Shown in pieces: positions 26,300 to 38,732 of a stretch of DNA of 64,000 bases. A model generated the notes under the pieces. The model did not search any database, had not been told where the DNA came from, and worked only from the letters and a program-made list of their open reading frames with translations. Origin of the DNA: Octopus vulgaris (taxonomy: Eukaryota). Position 1 is the stretch's first letter, and each line of letters starts with the position of its first letter. The stretch is taken from positions 7,192,001 through 7,256,000 of the forward strand of contig OX597828.1 of the NCBI GenBank assembly GCA_951406725.2. Direction: 5' to 3'. A program made the translations under genes and the position numbers.

Positions 26300-26490
26300 C
26301 GAAAACATATTATGTGGCGTATGTTCCGGTTCTTGGTGCTTTGAGATCAAATCCTACAGAGATTAACTTCGTCTTTCATCCCTTGTGGGTGGAGTATCTA
26401 TACTATAAAGCACAATTCAAGTACTGAGTTCGAAGGTTTTAACTAACCCCTCTTCATAAAATCTTCTGGCGTTGTGCCTGAGTTAAAATA
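26300..26490 (+). mobile_element. SINE family B, old diverged copy
   Basis: Degenerate 'tttgagatcaaatcc...ctttcatccc...tctggcgttgtgcct'. Confidence 0.5.
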
Positions 26491-27059
26491 TTATCAATGA
26501 TGTTCTTTTAAACACAGATCATTTCTGATAGAGCAGGCTTAGGTCAAAATGATTTTCTGTAATAACCATCCACTCCGTCATTCTTTTGAGATTCAGTAAA
26601 TACATAAATACAATCTGTCCGTTATTTAAAAAGTTGGGAGTCCATCTAGCAGGACATTCGACAACTTAGGCTCTTTTACAGTGGATCACCAGCGTCAGAG
26701 AAATTCTGTTGATAATGGTCGTTTCTAAGATAAAATATAACATATACAACATTTAGTGTGAAATAGGAGGGCAAGAGGGATTAACATTCCAATAAGGGTA
26801 CTTCACACTTGTTGCTCTCGATGTCATTGTTGTTTTTTCACATGATTAATTATGACTGAGTAGACTAAAGCTATGGTTACAGACATTTTAACCACGTCCA
26901 TCTTATATTTCGCCAAAAGTAGCGTACCCAAGATTACAATATAAAATGTGACCCGTTTTTCTATTAAAAACGGTAGGTTTTGATTTGGGAAAGATATTGT
27001 TATAAATCTCTTGGTAGTAAAGAATATATAGAAACAGGCATCCATACACAGTATTGTAC

Positions 27060-29320
27060 AAGAAGCACACGTTCTAAAAGGAAATTCTCACGACTCTGTT
27101 TAAAAAAAATTGGATACTGAGCTAGTTATACCAGATTGGCTGACGGTTGCATGAACGACTCTTATCTTAAAGAGCAAAGATACCCATGCGACCAAAAACA
27201 ATAGGTCCATAGCAAGATTGAATGTTAAGTACAAACTGTACACAGGTTTTTCTAAATATGTTCCTCCAAGACCACTGCCAAACAAATAGCTTGATAACTG
27301 ATGAACTGGCAGGAGGAAAGAGAGGAGTCTGGGGCTGTGCTAAACGGTTTCTTCTCAACCTTAAGGAAACGAAGCAGCATCACCGTAATCTCTTAACAGT
27401 ATCGCCCGACTACAGAAATACCTTCGACTCTTTCTCTCTCTCATGGGTGATAGAATTACTACACCTTGCCAAAGAACCAGCTACTGCAGTGAATGCCATT
27501 GAAAGACTAATCACAACATGGTCCACTCAGTTATCACTGACAATTACAAAAGCAACACCTATTGTTTACAAACATAATTAAGTTATCAAACGGTAAATTC
27601 CAGACTGATAGTTTATCTGTAATGTTGTTTGTACTGGGAGAGAATCTCTTGTCAGCCCTGTTATCAAAATGCCAAGGCTACATTCTGGGATATGCAGGAA
27701 AGAATAAAATTAATGTCGCCCACACATATTTTGTTGATGACCTGAAGTTATATTCCGGTAATATGATCAAAATCAAGAGACAATTAGAATTAGTCACAAC
27801 ATTCTCACGATACATAGGCATAGAGTTTGGGCAAGATAAATGCTCATACATGATAATCAATCGCAGAAAGATTGTCGTCAGAACAGAGAACATGTACGTC
27901 AAAGGCCGGTCTCAGAATTGATGAGAATGTTACATAGGCTGGTGCTGTGACTAAAACCAGACTAACAAAGAGTACCTCTGTAAACCCCGGAAAATATGGA
28001 ACTCTGAGCTGCCTGCATTTCACAAGACCACAACGCTTTTGAAGTGACAATGCTAGTACCAAAAGTTTGAATATTGGACTGGATACTTGACGAGATCTGC
28101 AACCTGTACATTTTAAAAAGGAAGGTACTGACCACCACTAGCAACTTACGCATTAACAGCGACACGGATAGGATGTGTGTGAGACGAAGTGATGGCGGTA
28201 GAGGCATAAGGTAAGTGACGAGAAACTTTGAATGTCGCATTGGATCACTCACACAGCAGCTGCTGAACATTAAAGAAAGAAACGAGTATGTTCCATGTAA
28301 TACTCAAGGGTGAGAGCAACATCTTCAAAGTTGGAGAACCACTAAGCAGGTACTTTGAGAATACAACTGTCTCATGCGACCGAAAGGAGGCTGCACTGGC
28401 TTAACTAAACAGAAGCTTGGAAGGGAAGCAGGTATCATACCACCATAGAGCTATGCATAGCTTTATCTTCTATCTCTGACAGGACGAGTAACCTCTTCTG
28501 GATCGGTGATAGATACATTGCATCCCACTTAGAAGGATATACGTTCGCTGTCCAGGAACAGTACATAGCTACTAAATACCTGATAAATCAGAGGGACAAA
28601 GATACCAGAAAACCTCCATGCTGTGATTGAAAATGTCTGCCAGTGTGGAAGATATCACTAACCTTATCAGCAGCTGCCCCCAAAATGTCTACCAGATGCT
28701 ACATGCTCCTGAGACATGATATTGCTTCAAAGATTAATTACAATGCTATCCACAGGAAGGACTGCCCTGGTGTATACACCAAAGGCATGTACAAACCAGC
28801 ATGTATTTACACCGTTAAAAGCAAGGAATACTGGAGGAATACTCCAGTGAACAACAGCAATTCGGTGCAAAAAGAACACATCTGATATTATTCTATGGGA
28901 CAGGGAACAGAAAGTCATGCACTGCTATAGAAGTCAGCTGCCTGGTGGAAGTGAATGTACCATCAAAAGTCCAGGAAAAAGAACATTTTTGGCGAATTAA
29001 TGCGCAACTTACAGTTCTTGGACTCAGTCTATAAATTACACAAAAACTTAGTAATACTAAGCTTTTCGGAGAAAGAGCAAAAGAAATCGGCGAATATTCT
29101 CCAAACCCAATTTAACAGCAGCAATGAAGATTTGTAAGACATTCCAAGGATTCTCCATCTGAGACTCTTATGTGAAGAAATGCATACACATCGACTGCTC
29201 GACCAACTATTACATATAACCATATATTTACAAACACCCGGAACTCTCTTGACGCTAAAAGTCTTCTCGCTTTGTTAGTGACTGGCTTGATCTCTCTTAA
29301 AAGAGAACTTAAATAAAATT
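27060..29320 (+). pseudogene. Degenerate R4/Dong-like non-LTR retrotransposon (RT, zinc knuckle, restriction-like endonuclease)
   Basis: Motifs in order: PDWLT..TTLILKSKD...NNRSIARLNVKYKLYT; FVDDLKLY (YxDD box); SDTDRMCVRRSDGGRG; VEDITNLISSCP...RHD; SDIILWDREQK...IEVSC (PD..D/ExK-type nuclease). Many stops and frameshifts. Confidence 0.85.
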
Positions 29321-29490
29321 GCATATACATACATACATACATACATACATACATGCATACATACATACATACATACATACATACATACATGCATGCATGC
29401 ATACATACATACATACATACATACATACATACATACCTACATACATACATACATACCTACATACATACATACATACATACATACATACAT

Positions 29491-29925
29491 GGTGGCTGCC
29501 CCATCGTTATCGAGTATGGCCATTGCACGAAGCTTAATCAATGTTGTTATCGTGCAATGCTTGTGAAAGAAGATTTTTTTTAAAGTGAGGAAAGGCTGTG
29601 CACTGAGTCAATCCCACTCACTAAGCAACAGCAACCATAATCCGAAAAGAAGAACAAGTCAACATCATCGGTAACCACTGAGCCGCAGGTTTTATGTCGG
29701 AGTTATCCCAGTTACCTGAGTTACCTTCTCCTAGAAGGATACCCTAACAAAGGCTGGGAGTCCTTCACTTCCAAATGTTTAACCGCGCGATCGGGTATTC
29801 AGTCCGATTATTTCTATGTCCCTGTGCATGATACTGCCTTAAGACATTTATTGGATGGCCGTTGACTCTCAAGAGTTCCTCTGCCCTTTGACGGGTTTTG
29901 TTTTTCATTCTGCAGGGTGTCCAAT
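29491..29925 (-). mobile_element. Short non-autonomous RTE-type element ending in (ATGT)n
   Basis: Minus-strand 3' end 'ggccatactcgataacgatggggcagccacc-atgtatgt' resembles RTE tails. Internal 'ccttctcctagaaggataccctaacaaaggctgggagtcc' resembles RTE 5'-UTR motifs (from memory). A tail fragment recurs at 2392-2424. Confidence 0.55.
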
Positions 29926-29981
29926 AAACACATACATACATACATACATACATCGTCTTTTGTCTTTTTTTGTGAATTCTC

Positions 29982-30044
<63 letters not shown>

Positions 30045-30389
30045 GCATTCACAAAAATGCTTATATACATATATATATATATATAATTATATGTACACCT
30101 ATAAAGATTATATATGCGAATATATATATTTCTGCACACACGCACACATACACAAAAATATGTATATAGACCCATACACAATGTCGGAAGAGTCAAATGC
30201 TTACAATGAACAGTTGCCTCATGTTGCTGCTGTTGATGTTGTGTTTCCTTGTTATAGTTGTGATGTTGATTGTGTTATTAGTGTTGTCATTGCTGTGAGT
30301 GGCGTTTTAAATGTGTCTGTGAAGCTGTTCGCTTCCTTTCTTATTAGACCTTGTTTTCGGTTTTCGTATAGTCGCCACGGTGGAAGCTG

Positions 30390-30865
30390 TGTGTATGTAT
30401 GTATGTATGTATGTATGTATGTATGTATGTATGTATGTATGTATGTATGTATGTATGTATGTATGTGTGTGTGTGTATGTATGTATGTATGTATGTATGT
30501 ATGTATAAAATGCATGCATGTATGTATGTATATATGTATATGCATGCATGTATGTATGTATGTATGTATGTATGCATGCATGTATGTATGTATGTATGCA
30601 TGCATGTATGTATGTATGCATGTATGTATGTATGTATGTATGTATGTATGTATGTATGTATGCATGCATGCATGCATGTATGTATGTATGCATGCATGCA
30701 TGCGTGTATGTATGTATACACATGCATGCATGTATGTATGTATGTATGTATGTATGTATGTATGTATGTATGTATGTATGTATGTATGTATGTATGTATG
30801 TATGTATGTATGTATGTATGTATGTATGTATGTATGTATGCATGTATGTATGCGTGTATGTATGT
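30390..30865. repeat. (TATG)n/(CATG)n microsatellite
   Basis: Seen directly in the sequence. Confidence 0.95.
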
Positions 30866-30940
30866 CATTATTCAGTTTATTTCAAGATTTCTTGCCAATA
30901 GAGAAGGAACCGATTCAGAAGGAAACTGAAAGAAGTCCGT

Positions 30941-30977
<37 letters not shown>

Positions 30978-31004
30978 CTCTGTGTGTGTGTATATGTGTA
31001 TAGA

Positions 31005-31155
31005 TGAATTTTACAGGTGTATTAACAGACAGGTGTATTAACAACAATCAGGTATATCACTTTGACGCTCGGGGAAGTGAGAAAGTCTTTTACGTTTTAA
31101 ACCTATGCTCTTCAACAGAAGAGAGAATAAAAAAATTGTGGATTTTGCGATCAAG
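31005..31155 (-). mobile_element. Penelope-like relic, same family as 56018-56210
   Basis: 'agtcttttacgttttaaacctatgctcttcaacagaa' versus 'agtcttttacgtttcgagcctacgctcttcgacagaa'. Confidence 0.55.
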
Positions 31156-31169
31156 CATATATATATTTC

Positions 31170-31690
31170 TATGAGTCTTTGTGTCTGTTGGTGTGTTTAC
31201 GTTCCCGTACCTGAACATTTCGGCAAAAGTGTCCGATAAAATAAGTGTTAGGTGTAAAAGAATAAGTCCTGGGTTCGATTTGTTCGTTGACCCAGTATGG
31301 CCGTAGTCAAATAACTGAAGCAAGTAAAAAAATAATATATATATTTTCATTTTTCTTTTTTTCTTTTTACTTGTGTCAGTCATTTGACTGCGGCCATGCT
31401 GGAGCACCGCCTTTTGTCGAACAAATCGACTTCAGGACTTCTTATTTGTAAGCCTAGTAGTACTTATTCTATCGGTCTCTTGTGCCGAACCGCTTAGTTA
31501 TGGGGACGTAAACACACCAATATCGGTTATCAAGCGACGATGGGAAGACAATTAAATGCATGTATATATACGACTGGCTTCTTTCAGTTTCCGTCTTTCA
31601 AATCCACTCACAAGGCTTTTGGTCAGCCCGTAGCTATAGCAGAAGACATTTGCCGAAATTGCCACGCAGTGGGACTGAACCCGGAACATT
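31170..31690. mobile_element. Two tail-to-tail SINE-A copies (31170-31330 plus; 31355-31690 minus)
   Basis: Family-A modules in opposite orientations. Confidence 0.8.
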
Positions 31691-31764
31691 GTAGAATGTC
31701 GAAAAGTGACACACAAGTTGATATGTATAAAGAAAATAAGACAAGGTAGAAATTGCTAAAATAC

Positions 31765-31959
31765 TTTTATCATGAAATACATTTTGTAATGGTTAGTACC
31801 GGATTTTGCCTTTTAGACTTTTTCAACTTAGAGTAAAACAAAGGTGGATATTAATTAAATTGTTTTTCTTCTTGGTTAATATCCACCTTAGTTTTACTCT
31901 TAATTGAAAAAGTCGAAAAGGCAGAAACCGGTACTGACAAAATGTATTTCATAATAAAA
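31765..31959. mobile_element. Imperfect inverted repeat, Penelope-like relic with decayed hammerhead
   Basis: Arms of about 85-90 bp (ttttatcatgaaatacattttg...ggtggatattaa and ttaatatccacc...caaaatgtatttcataataaaa). Contains GAAAC-CG-GTA. Confidence 0.65.
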
Positions 31960-32004
31960 TCATATATATATATATTCTTTTATTTTTTCTTCATTTACTG
32001 ATTA

Positions 32005-32215
32005 AAGCGGCGAGCTGGAAGAATCGTTAATGCGCCGTGCAAAATGCGTAACAACATCTTCTTCCGGTTATATAGTTTCTGAATTCAAAGCCGACTTTGC
32101 TTTTCATTCTTTCGAAGTTGTTAAACCAATTACCAGTGTTCGACTGGGGTTTATGTAACTGACTTCCTCTTCCTCTAAACATTTCTGGTTTTGTGCCAAA
32201 TTCAGAAAGAATTTA
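32005..32215 (+). mobile_element. SINE family B, tail type 2, diverged
   Basis: gcggcgagctggaagaatcgtt head through to 'tttctggttttgtgccaaa'. Confidence 0.75.
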
Positions 32216-32765
32216 ATTTACTCATTTCAGGTCAATGGCCTGAAGACTACACTCGAGCTTTGCTTTTAGATTCTTTATAGCACGTAGCTATTCTAACTAT
32301 TAGTACACCTGAGATTTGTTTTTATGATCATTCTATATTGCACCTGTTGGCATTCTAAATATATATGCTTCTGTATATGTGTTTCTGTATGCGCGCGCAT
32401 GTGTGTGTGTGCTTGAGAGCCAGCTGTAACGAATATCTTAATCTATAAGTGTGGTTGGCTCCATAGATTATGGGAAGGCAAACCTTTTTCCTGATGACCC
32501 AGTCATCCATCCAGTAAGCTTTACGTAACGTTTTAGCAGTAAACGTAACGTTTCTCACTTTCACTCTCCCTCTCTCTCCCTCTCTCTCTCTCTCTTCCTG
32601 AATCTCACAGATTGTATAGCTTTCTCCCTACCTTTCCTCTCTCTCTGTCTCTATCTTTCTTTCTTTCTTTCTGTCTATTTCCCTACCTATGTATATGTAT
32701 AGAAAGTTAGGCACACACAAACACATGTACATGTATATATATGGCTATACCAATATATGCACATA

Positions 32766-32882
32766 CAGGGTGAGCCATAATCTTGGGACAGTTATGTAAT
32801 GAATATATTTGGTACTCTATGACATTTTTATAATCCAAGACATTAGCATTTAAAATGTGCTCCATTATTATAGCCCACTCTG
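32766..32882. mobile_element. Tc1/mariner-type mini-MITE
   Basis: TA-cagggtgagccataat ... attatagcccactctg-TA: imperfect TIRs with TA flanks. Confidence 0.7.
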
Positions 32883-32913
32883 TATATATACCCATCTATC
32901 CACCCATACACCC

Positions 32914-32946
<33 letters not shown>

Positions 32947-32984
32947 TGTATGTATGTATGTATGTATGTATGTATGTATGTATG

Positions 32985-33049
<65 letters not shown>

Positions 33050-33086
33050 CTCTATCTATATCTATATATATATATATATACATATA

Positions 33087-33420
33087 TTTGACTGCGGCTG
33101 TGCTGGAGCACTGCCTTTAGTCGAACAAATCGACATATTCTTTGTAAGCCTAGTAATTATTCTATCGATATCTTTTTCCGAACCGCTAAGTTAGGGGGAC
33201 GTAAACACACCAACACCGGTTGTGAAGCGATGGTGGGAGGACAAACACAGGCACAATATATTTGTAAACAAGTTTCAGTCTACCAGATCCACTCACAAGG
33301 CTTTGGTCGGCCCAAACCTATAGTAGAAAACACTTGCCCAAGGTGCGACGCAGTGGGACCGAACCCGGAACCATGTGGTTGGTAAGCAAGCTACTTACCA
33401 TACAGCCACTCCTGCACCTG
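33087..33420 (-). mobile_element. SINE family A
   Basis: Head and 3' module match the family. Confidence 0.85.
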
Positions 33421-33424
33421 TATG

Positions 33425-33523
<99 letters not shown>

Positions 33524-33964
33524 GTGTTCTCAATCCTTGACGATACGTTGCTGGTGAAACGTCCGTACCATAGTTAACCTGTATCCCTCACTAATGACAT
33601 ATAAACTTCTACTGGGGTCTTTTTAATTTAATTCCTTAATCGTATATTCAAATATATTTACACGTTTGTATGTGTCTCTTTCCGTACGTACTCCCACATA
33701 TATAACATCACACACGCACACACACACACACGCTCACAGACACATACACATACACACCACACACACGTCCGGGTACGCGAAGATACGTGCGTATATACAC
33801 GTACCAAGCCGTGAGTAAAAGCGCACCCGTGTTTAGTGGGTGTTTGTGTCTGTGTGTTAAAAGGGTGGACAACGTTTAGAGAGGCATGTGACTTGACGTA
33901 TTGAGCTATGTACTTGCATCATAGCTGTTATCCCAATACATATGCCTCTGTATAGCACATAACT

Positions 33965-34006
<42 letters not shown>

Positions 34007-34007
<1 letters not shown>

Positions 34008-34042
34008 TCATTCACACGCTTACTCATACACACTCGATCACA

Positions 34043-34079
<37 letters not shown>

Positions 34080-34108
34080 ATTCACACGCTTACTCATACA
34101 CACTCGAT

Positions 34109-34139
<31 letters not shown>

Positions 34140-34258
34140 ATTCAGACGCTTACTCATACACACTCGATCACACACACACACACACTCATTCACACGCTTA
34201 CTCATACACACTCGATCACACACACACACACACACACACACTCATTCACACGCTTACT

Positions 34259-34297
<39 letters not shown>

Positions 34298-34325
34298 ATT
34301 CACACGCTTACTCATACACACTCGA

Positions 34326-34356
<31 letters not shown>

Positions 34357-34470
34357 TTCACACGCTTACTCATACACACTCGATCACACAAACACACACA
34401 CACATACACACACACACACTCATTCACACGCTTACTCATACACACTCGATCACACACACACACACTCACA
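34007..34470. repeat. Tandem minisatellite, 8 units: about 33-bp core plus variable (CA)n
   Basis: ctcattcacacgcttactcatacacactcgatc at about 34007, 34077, 34137, 34185, 34241, 34295, 34353 and 34419. Confidence 0.95.
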
Positions 34471-34939
34471 CACACACGTACACACATACACAAAACGATT
34501 TTAATAATAATAAAATACAGTCCGAGCGAAGAGCGAGCGATATTTATGGACGAACGACGGAATATTTAGTGAGTTATCTCTAGCTTCATAGTGGAATATG
34601 TTTACACACACACATCGACCTTCGTACATATACACACATGGTCCCTTACACAAGTATACGCACACACACACACGCGCGCGCTCCCCCCCCGCCGCGAGCG
34701 CATACGCGCGTATATATAAGGAGATAGTGTGAAAGATAAATTAATCTAAATCAAGAAATGTATACTTCGATTGATTTGTTAATTGGTGACGTTTCTCACT
34801 CTGTCGAAGCTTTCGCGAACACACGCACACATACACACCTACACACAGACACACATACTCTTACAATCACTCAGTCACATTTTCACACACATACTTAAAC
34901 AAACACACGCACATACATGCACACACAAGTAATATACAT

Positions 34940-35330
34940 AGTGGCTGTGTGGTAAAGTAGTACACTTCCCAACCACATGGTCCCAGGTTCGGTTCCACTA
35001 CCTGGCACTTTTTGGGCGAGTATTTTATACTATAGCACCAGGCCAACCAAAGACTTGCGAGTGAATTTGGTAGAAGGAAACTAAAAGAAGCCTGTCGACA
35101 ATACTATATACATATAGGTGAGCATGTCTTTGTGTACGTGTTTTTCACTTACTACCGGTGGTCGACCGGTATTGGTTTGTTTACGGCAGAAACTTAGGAA
35201 TTCGGCAAAAGTGGGATAAGATCAGATAAGTATCAGGCTTATGAAGGATAGGCACTGGGGGTCGATTTGTACTGCGAAACCCATCAAGGCGATGCACCAA
35301 CATGACTGCAGTCCATGAGATAAATAATAT
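34940..35330 (+). mobile_element. SINE family A, diverged
   Basis: gtggctgtgtggtaa head and recognisable body and tail. Confidence 0.75.
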
Positions 35331-35392
35331 ACATAAGAGATAAAAGACATATATAAATATATGTATGTGTGTGTGAGCATAAGAGATAAAAG

Positions 35393-35432
<40 letters not shown>

Positions 35433-35437
<5 letters not shown>

Positions 35438-35622
35438 TTCAGCAAAATTTAGATTCAGATAAACATGGTACTTAAGTTAAGGGCACCAGAATTTTGTATG
35501 GTATTATCCATATAAATCAAATGGGGTGATTATAATCAAAATAAGCAACAAGTATATCCAAGGTTGAGTAGTACAATTGTTTCATGCTACTTCATTTTAT
35601 CAAACACTTGTTGCTTATTTTG

Positions 35623-35628
<6 letters not shown>
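35433..35628. mobile_element. Penelope-like relic with 23-bp inverted repeat
   Basis: tataatcaaaataagcaacaagt (35531-35553) and acttgttgcttattttgattata (35606-35628). Minus strand has GAAAC-AATT-GTA. Its first 21 bp recur at 22110-22130. Confidence 0.55.
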
Positions 35629-35668
<40 letters not shown>

Positions 35669-35669
35669 G

Positions 35670-35702
<33 letters not shown>

Positions 35703-35704
<2 letters not shown>

Positions 35705-35875
35705 CGTAGGAGTGGCTGTGTGGTAAGTAGCTTGCTTACGAACCACATGGTTCCGGGTTCAGTCCCACTACGTAGCACCTTGGGTAAGTGTCTTCTACTA
35801 TAGCCTCGGGCCGACCAAATCCTTTTGAGTGGATTTGGTAGACGGAAACTGAAAGAAGCCCGTCGTATATTTGTA

Positions 35876-35920
<45 letters not shown>

Positions 35921-35934
35921 CAAAAACAAAACAA

Positions 35935-35972
<38 letters not shown>

Positions 35973-36184
35973 TTGTGTGTCTGTGTTTGTCCTCCCAACA
36001 TCGCTTGACAACCGATGCTGGTGTGTCTACGCCCCCGTCAATTAGCGGTTCGGCAAAACAAACCGATAGAATAAGTGCTAGGCTTACAAAGAATAAGTTC
36101 TGGGGTCAATTTGCTCAACTAAAGGCGGTGCTCCAGCATGGCCACAGTCAAATGACTGAAACAAGTAAAAGAGTAAAGAGTAAA
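35703..36184 (+). mobile_element. SINE family A, full length
   Basis: Complete head, CORE-like segment, internal (TA)n/(TG)n and tail. Confidence 0.93.
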
Positions 36185-36190
36185 TATTAT

Positions 36191-36224
<34 letters not shown>

Positions 36225-36969
36225 AGTACGTGTGTGTGTATAATCTATATATTTATCATTATAAACATATGTATAGATGTATATACCTATTTATAAATGT
36301 ATGTGACTATGTATGTATGTGGGAGGCTATGTGAATAGTATAATTAATCTGATGTATATAAGACATTGCTAGAATTCCTTAGAAACCAGTGCAATGTAAA
36401 CATGTAAAACAAAAAAGTAGTTTGTATCATTAGCTTCCGTTTCTATATTTCAAGATAAGTGAGCTTCTTAGCGAAAAGGTGGGTTTTATACTTCAAATAT
36501 GTGTAATGAATATCACCTTGCTAACATCCGCCATTGTCTCTTGATAAAGGGATTTTGACCCAAAATATTGAAATACAATTTAAAAATATAAACTGGCGTT
36601 TTGGTTATTGTTTTCCTTTTCACGCCCATATTTAGGTCGTAAAATCTAGCAGCTCCCTAAACTATATATGCGTGTATGTGTAGTGTCTATACATACATAC
36701 ATACATACATACATACATACATACATACATACATACATACATACATACATACATACATACATACATGCATACATACATACATACACATATATGTTTTCGG
36801 TGATTTCGGGCGATTATAGTGTCTGCCAGTATATATGTATGTATACATGTACTTTGATTGCAACATTAGAGCATTTTAGCCCTTATTTCTAGCACTGTAG
36901 GTATTTCTAACACCCTTGTCACATTTAATGACAATTATGATTTTCCTTTTTAGTAAAACCTAGCAGACT

Positions 36970-37130
<161 letters not shown>

Positions 37131-37146
37131 CTATCTATCTAACTAC

Positions 37147-37194
<48 letters not shown>

Positions 37195-37329
37195 ATATAT
37201 ATATATATATATAAACATATATATATCCATGGGTGTGTGTGTGTGTGTGTGTTAGTTATATGTATTCATATATTATTTACTTATGGAGTTCTTGGGTATC
37301 ATTGTTACCTTTTGAAGTTTCTTGTGCTT

Positions 37330-37560
37330 TTATACTCACTATATCCATGCTGCAGTGAATGGAAACAATTTGTAGTTTTCTCCAGACTGGTCAGTTTGAT
37401 GCACTTGATGCCAGCATGAACATTTGCTGATCAATGTCTCGAGAATGTGAGAATTACGCTGCAGGAAAAGAAGCAATCTTCCCTCACTCATCCCACTCCA
37501 TCCCGAAAATCTGGTCCGGATGTTGGAGACCCGCAATGGTGTCTTTAATTGTGGTGTTTC
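37330..37560 (-). pseudogene. Possible DNA-transposase C-terminal relic (Academ-like Cys-rich end)
   Basis: Frameshifted pieces HPDQIFGMEWDE, LISKCSC and VHAGIKCIKL resemble a 'P..GW...IKCGC...AGLKCT.LC' pattern. Weak. Confidence 0.3.
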
Positions 37561-37867
37561 ACAGAGTGGCCTGATAAGCCTAAATATCTTTCATCATATA
37601 AGTGACAGACAGTCTCCATAAGTTTCATCAGTGCGTGTCGTATTAGACAGTATAGACAGTAGTTAAGAAAACAAACCTGCGGAACCCACTTTATCATTTG
37701 TTTCACGATCTGTGCGTCATAGAATTTCTGGATAAGAGTTGTGCTGAGGTTTACTCAACAAATTAAAGAGAACTAACAAAGACCGCCGATAAGAGCTGCC
37801 AAAATATCCCTGCTATCGTACAACTCTGTCTTAAAAACAGAAATTAAAAAGGAGATTGGACAATATA

Positions 37868-38257
37868 TAATTCTTTACTGCCCACAAGGAGCTAAACATA
37901 GAGGGGACAAACAAGGACAAACAAAGGGACTGGGTCGATTACATCGACCCCAGTGCGTATCTGGTACTTATCTAATCGACCCCGAAAGGATGAAAGGCAA
38001 AGTCGACCTTAGCGGAATTTGAACTCAGAACGTAGCGGCAGACGAAATACCTATTTCTTTACTACCCACCAGGGGCTAAACATAGAGGGGACAAACAAGG
38101 ACAGACAAAGGGATTAAGTCGATTACATCGACCCCAGTGCGTAACTGATACTTAATTTATCGACCCCGAAAGGATGAAAGGCAAAGTCGACCTCGACGGA
38201 ATTTGAACTCAGAACGTAGCGGCAGACGAAATACTGCTAAGCATTTCGCCTGGCGTG
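37868..38257 (-). mobile_element. SINE family B tail-1 dimer (one head, two bodies)
   Basis: Junction aaagaaata|ggtatttcgtctg (minus strand) at 38052/38051. Confidence 0.9.
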
Positions 38258-38732
38258 TATTCTGAATGTTGGGCAAACAACAAAATGAAATAGAGAGAAA
38301 GTATTTCAGCATAGGTTTCTTGGATTTGGGTGGAACCTGAAGCAAACCAATAACAACAGCTGCAGCTGAATTAAAAATCACGCCAGATGATGAAGACCTG
38401 AACCTACTCTTCTTTTAGACGAGGGTTATCATTATCACGATGGAACACCTGTTTGAGAGCTGAAGCGGGGCTAAAAACTAAAGAGCAATACAGGAACGTT
38501 ATAAACAGTATCTATTGTGTAATTACATTTCATTAATAAGCTTCCTGCCTTAAATCATTGTCATTAATTATGGAAACCATTATTGTTATTATTAATTTGG
38601 TTGTCGTTATTGATGTTGTCATTGTTATTTTCTTTGTCTCTAGAAAGCTGATATCATGTGACACTTGCGAATTCTCAGCCGGAAGTATAGTTCTGTAAGA
38701 CATGATTGCCACAACAAACGTCATGTTATCTG

